DNA of 48,359 bases, taken from the NCBI RefSeq assembly GCF_001194135.2, contig NC_069008.1, positions 11,872,170 through 11,920,528 on the forward strand. Reading direction: 5' to 3'. Shown one piece after another: positions 1 to 12,205 of this stretch. The notes beneath the pieces were generated by a model. The model was not told the origin of the DNA. It worked only from the letters and a program-made list of their open reading frames with translations, and did not search any database. Position numbers and translations under genes: made by a program. This DNA comes from Octopus bimaculoides. Taxonomy: Eukaryota. How positions within the stretch are numbered: the first letter of the stretch is position 1; every line of letters begins with the position of its first letter.

Positions 1-126
1 GTTATAATCACAACAGCAAGAAAGTATGTACATGATCACCTTCTTTTACGAAACTTCATTGACGTTCATATATTTATATTGATATACACATATATACGTG
101 TGTTTGGGTGTGTGTGTGTATATACA

Positions 127-217
127 TCTCTATATATAAAGATGATGCGTAGTCTAGACGGCGTTTTTAGATTTCATTATTCTCTTTAACCCGGGCAACG
201 CCGGGTATTTCTGCTAG
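127..217 (+). mobile_element. Miniature non-autonomous Helitron (~91 bp)
   Basis: 5' TC start (A|TCTCTATATATAAAG at 126/127), 3' hairpin ACCCGG-GCAACG-CCGGGT (189-206), then CTAG (214-217) followed by T. This gives the A^T insertion site with no TSD, the canonical Helitron signature. Confidence 0.7.
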
Positions 218-290
218 TCTTTGATATATTATTGTGTGTTCGACCGTGTGACACGTTTAAATAAAAGGAGTCCTCTGTTTCTTCCATTCG

Positions 291-2595
291 TCACCATATC
301 TCCTTTTTTAGTTCGCACGGTCGTTCCTTACAATTAGCAGCATTCCTAACCATGCGTGTAGTGCGTTGGTTTTTCTTCTCTGCAGCTCGTGCAGCAGCAG
401 TTGAGGCAGCATCAGCAGTTCGAAGTGTACGCTGGTGATCTGTTTGGAGTGTTCTTGAAGTGGCCGTACGTTCAGCATTTTGTGATCGTCTAATGTCAGT
501 TTCCAATGACGATTCATTTGCCCTTCTTGCTGATGATGTTGCAGCTTTCGCAGTTTTGCGTCCAATTGAAGAAGTCTTTCTTCGGGGCATGATCTAAAAG
601 AAGCATGATGAAATGCAGTCAGATACACTGTGAAGTATGAAATATTAATTGAAGGGTTAGTATGTAAGTGTAGATGAGTTGCAAACTTGCAACTGCTGTG
701 GTAATATGACAAAATATTACGGAGAATGTGCAAAATAAGATGATGTTAGTGTTATGACATGAAAATGAAAATGGAAACAGTTGTGAAAGGCAAGGCGAGA
801 GAAATGGTGAGAGCAAAGGAGAAAGTGGTAATGAATTGTGTTGGGAATGTTGTCGTTTGTGTGGACATGAATTTTGGGTGTTGTTTGTCAATGCATGGCT
901 GCTCTGTCATATAGATTGGATAGGGAAAGGGTTAATGAAAAAGCAATTGGATGAATTGCTTAGCTTTGTTTAGTGGTCCTCGTTAATGCCGTTGATGCTG
1001 CATGTGAGAGTAGGAATGGTTATAGGTAAGCTGGTAAGTCTGCAGATCCACATTAAGGAAGAAGCAAAAAATGTATCGTAAATTTTTTATGCGTGCAGTG
1101 GCACGCATTTCAATAAGGAAAACTGAAAAAGGTGGGAGTGTTTTCGCTCGGTATCAAGTACCCTGTTCCCCTATTCTTAATGTAAGAAATTGACTGAAGA
1201 AATGTAAAAGATTGCTCGGCGCCCGCATTAAGGAAGGAGTATGGAATTATTTTGAAAGAAGTGAAAATGTAAAAATTAAGAGTAGGGATAGAGAATTAAA
1301 AATGAAAGGTATTATTTTTGCTTAATTGGAATGTCCGTGATTGAAAACATACGAATCCGTTGGGAAAGAAAGAAATGTGTTGGGAGTTGATATGCAGGTG
1401 TACTTGTAATCATTAACAGATTTGGTTGGTATTTGTAACACGTCATGCTACCACTGAACAGGTATTTGCGAGAAGCCGTTGCGTGGTAGCAGCGCGTACT
1501 AGAAATAGCAGTGAAATCTTTCATATTGATGCAATTTACAAACAAAAAAAGGTTACGTATCGAAATCAGGAAAATGAATGAATGTGCTTTAGTTGATCAG
1601 TATTGCTTTGATAGGGCAATGTTGTGAAAGACAAGACGAGAGAAATGGTAAGAGGAAAGGAGAGAGTGATTAAGAATTGCGTTCCGAATGTTGTTTGCCT
1701 GGAAATAAATTCTGTCGTATTTATAAGAAAGCAGACAGTTAGAAGGATGAAGATATCAGTGATGCTATAGTGGTGTGGGGTCGTTTGAAGTCTCCGTACG
1801 CTAGGAAGGTTAGAGGTGACGTGGATGACAATATATTTCACTTGACAAGGTAGCATGTGGTTAATATCTGTTACCATTTTCCATTGTCCTGTAGTGAGAA
1901 GGAAGTTCTATTTCTCTGTGGTGGGAATGAAATGAGAATGAGATCTAAGGGAACAATGCTTTTGAGATTGCGGTTCAGTGGTGCTATAGTCGTGTGGGGT
2001 CGTTTGACCTCTCGGTGCGCCAGGAAGGTTAGAGCTGAAGTGGATGACAATATATTTCACTTGAGAAAGCAGCATCTGGTTAATGTCAGTGACCATCTTG
2101 CATTGTCTCATCGTGAGAAGTAAGTTTTATTTGCCTGTCGTGGTAATGAAATGAGAATGAGCTGTAAGGGGACAATGTTTTTGAGATTCCGGTTCGAATG
2201 TAAGGCAGGTCTGAAAGGGTTCCCAACAGTTATTAGTAGTAGTGGTAGAGAGTTTATGACGAATATGTATGTATGCATATACATGTGAGGTAATAGTTTC
2301 ACTATAAAAGTGAAAGTATTAAACTGAAAGTATCTCACATTTCAATAGAGGGATATTATTGTTTTACATCTGACACGTAATACTGAAATAGTGTAAGAGA
2401 TAAGAGATCACTGTGGGCTCGCATTAGGTGAGAAGTTGAACATTTTTTTTTGGGGGGGGGCATGACGTTGCACGGACCGTAAGTAAGGCATGTGTAAAAT
2501 TCGAATGAAATCGGTTGGGTAGTTCTCGAGTTTTAGGGATTCACACAGACAAACAGACAGACAGACACATTCTCATCTCTATATATATATATAGA
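291..2595 (-). mobile_element. Defective Helitron: 5' end plus RepHel N-terminal fragment
   Basis: Minus-strand start A|TCTATATATATATAGAGATGAG at 2595, then a (GTCT)n tract and CTCGAGAACTACCCAACCGATTTC, like insect Lep1-type Helitron 5' ends. ORF 291-590 (MPRRKTSSIGRK...RRANES...NAERTA) resembles the basic/helical RepHel N-terminus and is preceded by acceptor TTCTTTTAG. No Rep or helicase motifs seen. Confidence 0.6.
1757..2194. repeat. Tandem duplication, 2 x ~219 bp, diverged
   Basis: CAGTGATGCTATAGT at 1757 recurs as CAGTGGTGCTATAGT at 1976. The units align throughout (GGAAGGTTAGAG, GTGGATGACAATATATTTCACTTGA, AATGAAATGAGAATGAG, TTTGAGATT.CGGTTC). Confidence 0.85.
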
Positions 2596-2600
2596 TATAT

Positions 2601-2757
2601 ACGACGGGCTTCTTTCAGTTTCTGTCTACCAAGTCCACTCACAAGGCTTTGGTCGGCCCGAGGCTATAGCAGAAGACACTTGCCCAAGGTGCCACACAGT
2701 GAGACTAAACCCAGAACCATCTGGTCGAGAAACAAGCTACTTACCGCACAGCCACTC
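2601..2757 (-). mobile_element. tRNA-derived SINE family A, 5' half
   Basis: Reverse complement of the head seen intact at 36852-37015. The Helitron 5' end abuts its central (TA)n tract. Confidence 0.85.
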
Positions 2758-3702
2758 TTTTTTTATTATTATTATTATTATTTTAAATTGAAATTTTAGA
2801 AAAAACATCTTTCAGAATCGTAATGTCCGTATTTTTCTACGTAGAATTCCAAAAATACTTTTTGCAAAAAAGCGAAGAAAAAAATTGTTAGGAAAAGTTA
2901 AATTTTGAAATACCGATTTTTTTGTCAGAATCGGAATCTCCGTTAACAAAAAACATCGGAATCTGAAAAAAAAACTTTAAAAAAGTAGGTGGGATGCTTA
3001 TTGTTCACCTCCGCCAAACATATAACCGAGGGGGTTTTATCCACTTTCGTACTTTAACTTGGATGGTTTTCTTCGAGGAGGCTTTGTCCGAGGGGGTTTT
3101 GTCATAAGGTGTGGGGTCCAAGAAGTATATTGTCCTAGGGTGGTTTTGTCGGGATTCCACTGCTATCACCTCCATCTTTTTTAAGGGACCATATATTTGA
3201 ATCTCTCCTGGGACTTATGTACTCTGCTTAGTACTTCCATTCAAATTTAAATATACCCACCTATTACAATATAACTTTATATCACATTCTTTTATATTTT
3301 CAATTTAAAAAAATAAAAGTTTTATAATATAGATGTTTATTTATAATAATATCAGATCTCTGTTCTTCAACTTATTACTGTTGATGTTGCTTTGTCGCAG
3401 GTCAACCTTGGTGCAGGTGACCTATGATGAAATCCATTCCAATGTTGACCACTACATTTATATTCAAACAAGATATTTCAAGATTTATTTAATATTTCAT
3501 CTGTCCTTTTGTTCTTCAAACCCATTTCATGTATACACATGTATATTTGCAGATGTATGGGTGGTGGTGGTGGTGGTTTTAGTGGTATATTTGTGTGTAA
3601 ATAAACATACATGTTTACTTATACACACACAATGAATGAGTTTATCGGAAATTTTCCTGATTTATAATTCGTAATATGCTTGATTTCACATCGTCTTTCT
3701 AT

Positions 3703-3757
<55 letters not shown>

Positions 3758-3822
3758 CCCACCACCACCACCACCACCACCACTACCACTACCACCACTA
3801 CTACTATTACTACTACTTCTAC
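3703..3822. repeat. Compound (ACT)n/(ACC)n microsatellite
   Basis: Direct inspection. Confidence 0.95.
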
Positions 3823-4031
3823 TAAATTTATTGGCCAGGAAATACTGCAAGAAATATTTAGGACAATATAAGTATACTAGTACTTTCATGCATTACGCGA
3901 TCATCAGGTTTATGAAAGTATTAGTTCATGAATCCTCATGAATCTTCCTGTGTTTGTTTTTTTATTAACCTTTGAAATGGGGGCAACCTTTCTGCAGCAC
4001 CTTGTATGTCTGTGTTTGAGGGGAGAGGCAG

Positions 4032-4262
4032 CGCATGTATGTGTGTTTGTACGCCTACATCTTCCCCGCCAATAGGCAACCGGTGTTGGTCTGTTTACAT
4101 TCCCGTACACTATCGGTTTAGTAAATGTGACTGACAGAATAAGCGGCAGACTTAAATAAGACTTAAATAGTTATGTCCTGGTGTCGAAATGTCCAGCTAA
4201 TTCTTTCAAGGTAATGCTCCAGCATGGCTGCAGTCCACTCACTAAAAAACAAGTAATAGACA
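4032..4262 (+). mobile_element. SINE family A, diverged 3' half
   Basis: GGTGTTGGTCTGTTTACATTCCCGT...GTCCTGGTGTCGAAAT...TGCTCCAGCATGGCTGCAGTC matches the tail of the copy at 37060-37222. Confidence 0.7.
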
Positions 4263-4299
4263 ACATAAAAAAAAATAAAAGATACAGTCGTACATAAAC

Positions 4300-4985
4300 T
4301 GTTCAACTGTGGCATAAACTATAACATCTGCACCATCATTACTAGAGCCACAACCACACTACCATCGCAACTAACCACCACTTATACAGCAAAAATATAC
4401 CGCAACTACAACCTCAACATTAACACCACCACCACCACTGCAACAACAATTGCAACGTTAATACAACTACCACCAACCCCACTATTAACAGCACTATTTT
4501 TGTAGCTTCCTTCCTTCCAACAACAACAGCAACAACACCAACACACGTGTCACTACCAACACGCTACCACCACAATCACGCCACCACCATAGCAACATAA
4601 ACCATTGTAGCCAGCGACCATCACCCCCGCCACTACTACCACTATCACCAAAACAACCATTAACACTACCACTATCACTACCACCATCAAACCACCAATA
4701 CCACCAATACTATCATTGCAACATTCACATTAATATCAAAACTACTGTAACTATAACATGAACACAAACAATACTATTTCCACCACCACCACCAACATCA
4801 CCACCAACATCACCACCAAATCTACCCCCAACTCCAATACCAACATCATCACAACACCATCATACAACATCACTACGATCACCATACCAAAGGCTCCACA
4901 AAGCGGCCATCATTACTACTACTGCTACCACCACTGTCGACACCACCACCGGCACCAACAATAACGACAGCAACAACAACAATTG
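4300..4985. repeat. Cryptically simple ACC/AAC/ACT-rich low-complexity tract
   Basis: Degenerate trinucleotide repeats that yield only short Thr/His/Asn-rich ORFs. Confidence 0.8.
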
Positions 4986-5567
4986 GAAACGTCCGAGTGA
5001 CAATACAGATGTGTCTGAAGTGCGTTCAAGGATGTAAGTCAGTAAACAATGACATAGAAATCGAATGTAGCTCAACTTCAATTGAGAATTGTTTACACTA
5101 GACTCGATATAAGTAGACTCAATCGACTTTCGCGAACAGTTGAGACATCTCTGATAACTGAAGACATTGACTTTAATGAACAATTCAAATATTTGTGGAC
5201 ATTCGATGGTTGTTCAGTGGTAACAGTTGATAGCACAGAGAACAGTGAACAGACTTTAACAAATACAGTTGTTAGCATCATCTCTAACAAAGGTAAGTTT
5301 TGTTTCATTGTATTTTACAAAGGGTTGGAACATCAATATTGCTGTTCTCCTCTTAACTTTATCGGTGTACATTCCAGCACTGTAGCTGTAACTAGATCAG
5401 TTCAGTGATATTGTTTCTGTGGGTCTATGATTATCCGCGTGTCTTTGCTGTGTGTACATCAGATAACATTATACCGAGGGTGTTGTAGTATACGGTATAT
5501 ACGGATAGACTCCACACAACACACTATGGAACAGAGTATATATATATATCCAGATACAACTCGGCAC

Positions 5568-5826
5568 NNNNNNNNNNNNNNNNNNNNNNNNNNNNNNNNN
5601 NNNNNNNNNNNNNNNNNNNNNNNNNNNNNNNNNNNNNNNNNNNNNNNNNNNNNNNNNNNNNNNNNNNNNNNNNNNNNNNNNNNNNNNNNNNNNNNNNNNN
5701 NNNNNNNNNNNNNNNNNNNNNNNNNNNNNNNNNNNNNNNNNNNNNNNNNNNNNNNNNNNNNNNNNNNNNNNNNNNNNNNNNNNNNNNNNNNNNNNNNNNN
5801 NNNNNNNNNNNNNNNNNNNNNNNNNN
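5568..5826. other. Assembly gap
   Basis: Run of N. Other gaps lie at 6840-6849, 15974-16067 and 32452-32925. Confidence 1.
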
Positions 5827-5830
5827 AGTA

Positions 5831-6198
5831 TTGTTGTTGTTGGCACTCCGTCGCTTACGACGTCGAGGGTTCCAGTTGAACAGCCAGCTCATGAAATTAA
5901 CGTGCAAGTGGCTGAGCACTCCACAGGCACGTGTACCCTTAACGTAGTTCTCGGGGAGATTCAGCGTAACACAGTGTGACAAGGCTGACCCTTTAAATTA
6001 CAAGCACAACAGAAACAGGAAGTAAGAGTGAGAGAAAGTTGTGGTGGAAGAGTACAGCAGGGATCGCCACCATCCCCTCCCGGAGCCTTGTGGAACTTTA
6101 GGTGTTTTCGCTCAATAAACACTCACAACTCTGGGAATCGAAACTGCGATCCTATGACCGCGAGTTTGCTGCCCTAACCACTGGGCCATTGCGCCTCC
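5831..6198 (-). mobile_element. tRNA-derived SINE family C (probably octopus OR-type), full length
   Basis: Reverse complement has A-box TGGCCCAGTGG, a B-box-like GTTTCGATTCC and a (CAA)n tail. Collinear with 25881-26264. Confidence 0.85.
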
Positions 6199-7521
6199 AC
6201 TCATTTTATAGTATAGAGCAGGGATTTTCAACAACCATTCTTTATCTGTGTAGCTTTTGATTACTATTTTATTCTGGTGGAAAAGCCATTCAATATTTAA
6301 AAACTAGTTTTATAGATACTGTAACGGGTAAGATTCATTAGGTACACAATAATATGAAATGTCAGAGTCAGCAGTTGTGACAATAAAAAGTTGTTGTTAT
6401 AACGGCATGTTGCAGGATGCGAAAGATGAACAATGCATGGAGTTTTGAGTATTTATTTACCGTTACGTTGAAAAATACCTTACCTCGACGGGCAGGTTAT
6501 AACATTCGAGAGCATGTGAAAGAAAGACGTGGTAGAATTTTTCTTTGCATAGTTTGGCGTATACGAATCCACAGATAGCGATAGAATGATGTTGTAAGAG
6601 AACAGAATTAGAGCTAGTGAAAGTTGTAGGGTTGTGGGACATTGTCTCCCAGTTGCTGACAGTAGATTTCATTTCTCTCGCTGACCATTGTCTTAGTAGC
6701 TGCATTCCTTGTGATCATGATAATAGCAGCCTGTTCCCTAACTAATTGAGTCGTCACGAGCCGCCTTGCTCCGTTGTCGACAAGTGACCACTTGGTTTTT
6801 GCTTGGGGTTTCTTGTTTTTATAACTATCCAGAAGGATANNNNNNNNNNTTTGGCTATGGTGGATCGAATCCACTTCATGCTTGCAAGATCCACTACATG
6901 TATATATATAAACTCCACTCAGAATGTTTTACTCTATAACATAGAGTGTGTATAGAGCAGAGTTGGGGGAAACGTTTTATGTTCAAATAAAACATTAATG
7001 TTAACGATAAGGATCCAGTTCAGAAATTCAAACAACAATTAGTGTTATACCTATAATTTTAAAAGATACTATTATTTTGAAAACCACTAAACATTTTAAA
7101 AGGTGCAGAATTTCGGAATAGGTTACCCGCTCAATAACTTTTAATCATTTTTTGCAGTTTTATTTCGGATTTCTGTGTTTTAAGCACAACTGTAATAACC
7201 TTAAACAAGTAATACAAGGGTAGATAGCAAAATATAATGAGTTGGTTCTAAATTTGAAAATTAATTAAAAAGATAAGTTTATAAATATACTTTAACATAT
7301 TATATCTATATATTTTCGTTCAGAGATGTCAAGTAAATATATATTTGAACAAAAATATATTATTTAACCCGAAATACTTCGTTCATGATATTATTCTCGT
7401 TTTCAATCATCAACTATCAGTTACTAGAATTCCTATCAGTAATTTCATAATTAATAACTGATCCAAAATAATTTGTGCATTTATTCTTCCTTATATGCAA
7501 ATTCAAAATAAATATATACTC

Positions 7522-7896
7522 TTTTTACTGTTTACTCTTTTACTTGTTTCATGCAAATTGACCCCAGGACTTATTCTTTGGAAGCCTAGTACTTATTCTA
7601 TCGGTCTCTTTTGCCGGACCGCTATGTTACGGGGACATAAACACACCAGTATCGGTTGTCAAGCGATGTTGGTGGGGGGGACAAACACAGACATACAAAC
7701 ACATACACACATACATATATATATACATATATACGACAGGCTTCTTTCAGTTTCCGTCTACCAAATCCACACACAAGGCTTTGGTCGGCCCGAGGCTATA
7801 GTAGAAGACACTTGCCCAAGATGCCACGCAGTGGGTCTGAACCCGGGACCATGTGGTTGGTAAGCAAGCTACTTACCACACAGCCACTCCTACGCC
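7522..7896 (-). mobile_element. SINE family A, near full length
   Basis: Reverse complement aligns with 36852-37222 (tRNA-like head, central TA/CA microsatellite, tail). Confidence 0.9.
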
Positions 7897-7929
<33 letters not shown>

Positions 7930-8261
7930 GCTTGGAAATTGAAAAACAAAATATGTATGTGAAAAGGTTAATCCACAAAAATATATTCCATATTTTCCCC
8001 TCAAGCATTGTATAGCTTTCAGAAAACCACGCTTAGCCCTTTAGATAAAGGGCAGCTGTTGTTACTCTTTTTCTGGACTATTGGTCAATCCAATAATTAC
8101 CTTCGGTCAAATAACAGTCAAATAACATGCTTCACAAATCACAAAACGTATGCTTAACAACCGTAAAACTACATATCATCCTCGTTTAACGTCCGCTTTC
8201 CATGCTAGCATGGGTTGAGATAATCAATAATCAATAATGTAATACTACATTCACCCTGCAG

Positions 8262-8362
8262 CTCTCGCTCTCTCTCTCCTTCACTATGCATATGTCTATC
8301 TCTTTATCTCTCTCTCTCTCCTTCAGCATGTATGTCTCTCTCTCTCTCTCTCCTTCAGCATG

Positions 8363-8437
<75 letters not shown>

Positions 8438-8625
8438 CTATCTATTTCTCTCCCCTTCTCTCTCTCTATATATATATCTATCTCCCTATTTCTCTCTCTT
8501 CCTCTCTCTATCTATCTATTTCTCTCCCCTTCTCTCTCTCACTTTCTCTCTATATCTATCTATTTTCTCTCTCCCTCCCTCTCCCTCTCTCTCTCTCTCT
8601 TGTTCTCTCCTTCAGCATGTGAGTG
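8262..8625. repeat. Polypyrimidine compound microsatellite (CT)n/(CTAT)n
   Basis: Direct inspection; TCCTTCAGCATGT is repeated three times within it. Confidence 0.95.
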
Positions 8626-9236
8626 ATGTGTAATTATCTCCATTCTTTCTCTCTTGTATTCTATTATTCTTTCATTTCGTGTGCTTTCTCTACCTTTCTC
8701 ACAGCTGATTCTCATTACCCCTCACCTTTTTTTTATCTCTGTCTCTCTTTCTCATTCTTTCTATCCATCCATAAACACACCTGTTTTTCTCTGTACACAA
8801 TCCTTTATCTGGAAATCTAAAATCCAAAAAGCCCCAAACCAAACTTTTTTGTGAAGGGTGGTGCACATTAACGCAGGGGTTGTTCTGTGTGCAAACAGCT
8901 GACCACCGTGACCTGACTCACTCAGGTATGATGTGGCAACACTTGGCAGGTTAGCTGTCCCTTACTGCCAAACATCAGGTATGACTCGGCACACCCAGCG
9001 AGAAGATGTCCATTTGCTGTTTGCTGGCTTTTGTTCTGAAATAAAAAAAAAAATCCTGAAATTCAGAGCACAATTGTCCCCAATGGTTCTGGATTAAGGA
9101 TTGCATACCTGTACTATATTACCTTTATTCTTCCTCAGTATCTCATCCTTCTTCCTTTCTTCCTTTTTCTTTCTTTCTGCATATTCCAAGGGCTACAATG
9201 TTCCAGTTTACATCTACCTGTCCAGCTGTGACCACA

Positions 9237-9528
9237 ATGCTGATATTAACTTTTGCAATAACTCTGACCATTACTTTGGGCCAGGAAGATACGGAATCCG
9301 CCTTCCAATATTTAGGACCTGGCTATACCTATAAGTACATTGAACCATCACCAACAGAAAACTTCTACCCAAGCCAAAATGTAATGGAATGCGCCATGAA
9401 ATCTTTATACAGTGGCTCACGATTCTTCAGTTACCACAAAGTCAGTCGTCTTTGTAAGAATTACTCAGCAAGAAGAAAATTAACAATGTCCACTACACAG
9501 GACAGCAATGAGATATCTTTCTATAGAG
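9237..9528 (+). CDS. Coding exon 1: signal peptide + PAN/apple-like module
   Basis: MLILTFAITLTITLG-QE hydrophobic leader; SQNVMECAMK...RFFSYHKVSRLCKNYS resembles PAN (ECA..C...F.Y....C) but has only two Cys. Donor AGAG|GTAGGT at 9528/9529. A polypyrimidine acceptor CCAAG| at 9190/9191 lies upstream. Confidence 0.85.
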
Positions 9529-10126
9529 GTAGGTGAAGCAATATTATTATTATTATTGAGTGAGAGAGCAGCACATGCCATCTAAGTGACACTGGGATAC
9601 ATATATATGAAGCCCAATATATCCATCATGACTACCCGTCTGATAAGGGTACATCAGGTACATGGATCACAACCATTTGTGCATGACACGGTGATCCTAA
9701 ATCTAAATAAACAGCACATGATTTTGCAGGTGGGGCCCAGTTAGAATTTTCTTCATGTCGAGTAGCCCATCCCGCTCAAAAGGACCTTGGATAAAGTTTG
9801 TTTCAGGATAATGAACGAAACACCCATGTTTCCAGAGTTGAATTATTCAAACGCCAAAGAATTCCTCTCAACACATGGCTATGCTGCTCTCCCACTATTT
9901 CTGCTTGTGATCAGAGATGCACATATTGTCAGCCACCAAGGGACATACTCAACTGGTTAAAATCAAACAACTGACAAACAAATTTGTGGTATAGAGCAGA
10001 ATATTTGCTGTAGCCCATCAGCAAGTATCCCAAGACAAAACAAAGTACATGATAACACTTCCAATCAGTTAAGATCAGAAGCCATGAGAGCCACTGCCTG
10101 GTACTGCATCAGGGCATTTGTTATTA

Positions 10127-10172
<46 letters not shown>

Positions 10173-10390
10173 GGCAGTGAGCTAGCAGAATTGTTAGCAC
10201 GCTGGGCAAAATGCTTAGCACCATTTCACCCATTGCTACATTCTGAGTTCAAATTCTGCCAAGGTCGACTTTACCTTTCATCCATTCGGAGTCGATAAAT
10301 TAAGTACCAGTGAAACACTGGGGTTGATGTAATCAACAATTCCCCTCCCCACAAAATCCAGGCCTTGTGCCTACAGTAGAAAGGATTATG

Positions 10391-10422
<32 letters not shown>

Positions 10423-12148
10423 CATTATTTTATGTTTGACTTTGCTTTGCATTTGTACAAGTTGGCTCCAAGTCTCACCCAGAGACCTCAAGAGACAACA
10501 AGTTAGAAGTTCATGTTGGTGTTATACCTAGGGTGTCATATATTTGGTTTTGTACATAGTGTTGTTCTAGAGAATGTTTAAGAAACTATAAGAAAATTAT
10601 GAGTTTGTTTTAAAATTTGAGATTAAATAGACAATATTTTACGCAAAATATGGGCAGATCCCATGAGCACTATTGTTTGAATTTCTGCCATTTTGGGGTT
10701 TCCTGGTATGTGAGTTAGGTAGCAATCAGCCTCTTTTGCTATCATTTCTAGGGCAACTATGACAACAGGTATTGTTTTAGTTTTGAGGTTCCACATTTTG
10801 CTAATTTCTATTTCAAGATCTTTATACTTGCTCAGTTTTTGGTAAGTCTTGACAGATATGTTTATATCGAATGGAACAGTCATATCAATGAAGAGGCATG
10901 ATTTTTGTCTGAAGTCTTTCAATATTTGGCCTATTTGCATCTATCTTTCTGTCAGTTTGAATGGTGAAGTTCCAGAGGAGTGAGATGTGATCATTTTCAA
11001 GCACTGGGGGTGGTTTGTGTTCCCACCATTTTTTATCATAGGGCAAGTCCAAGTTTTTGCAAATTACCCAGTGAATACAATGTGCAGCTCTATCATGCCT
11101 GTTGAGATACTCTGTAGGCGCAAGAAAACTGCACATGGAGACAACATGATCAATGGTCTCATTTTGTTGTTGACATACATGACATATTGGGGAGCTGCCA
11201 TTCTTTAATATGTTGCCCTGGTAGTTCCTTGTAGGTAGGCATTGATCTTGGGCTGCTATGATAAACACTTCTGTTACTGATTTTAAGCCAGAAGACACTA
11301 ACCATTGATGGGTAAGGGCTTTGTCAACATCGGCATTATTCGCTCTCTTTGGGTATTTGCCATTGAGAGGGTTTTCTTGCCAGTTATCAGTTATAATATC
11401 TAAGGTAGCAGTTTTAGCACGGGTTTTCACATGCTTAGCTTTTTCTGTGTTTGTTTCTAGTACGTCTAATTCTGGAATTTGTTGTATTTAGAATTCACTT
11501 ATATATCCCTTTGCCTGTTTTGTTACTGAGTAAGATGCTTTCTTGCTTTCATGTTTTGAGACAAGTTTTAACATCCAATCCTCAGAGTTTTTCAGGTAGG
11601 TGTCTCAGCCAATTGTGGCAATCTTCATTGTTAATAACAGTTGTAAAAGTCCACGGCCTCCCTCTTTTCATGGCAGATAAAGTCGTTCTATATCCTCTTT
11701 GGGGTGGTGCATTCAGTGCATTGTCAACAGTTTTCGTATTTTTCTGTTAAGATTACATATTTCAGTAATTGACCAGTTAACGATATTGAAACTGTCAGTC
11801 ACGACTGATATGGCTAAAGCATTGATCGCTTCAATCTTGTTTCTTGCATTCAGCTCTGTGTTAAGTATTGCTCTCATCCTGAAATAACATTCTCTTCTGA
11901 TCCTTTCCCTCATCACTGAATGCTTGATATTGTCCCCTTCAATTACCCCTAGGTATTTGTAGCTCTCCGCTGGTTCTAACTCTTTTATGACATTTTGCTG
12001 GTCATGGTTAACGTTAGATGTTTCTGTCATATTTCCTTTGATAAAGGTAGCTTTTGCACATTTATCAAGGCCAAATTGCATCCTGATGTCATCACTGAAT
12101 TGTTTAACAATCGCTAGTAAGCCCTTGAGTTGTTGGTCATTTTTTATT

Positions 12149-12205
<57 letters not shown>

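Noticed and set aside
5427-5982. Long ORFs spanning N-runs (also 15878-16253 and 32398-32988)
   Set aside because: Length is an artefact of unknown bases.
7495-8015. Recurrent ~100-aa ORFs (...LLSVSVYQIH.QGFG.P.AIVEDTC...) here and at 2515, 36581 and 44104
   Set aside because: Antisense translations of the same SINE family, not a gene family.
8286-8633. Leu/Ser-rich ORFs here and Thr-, Ile- or Val-rich ORFs at 3680-3889, 4758-4964 and 20978-21316
   Set aside because: Translations of microsatellites.
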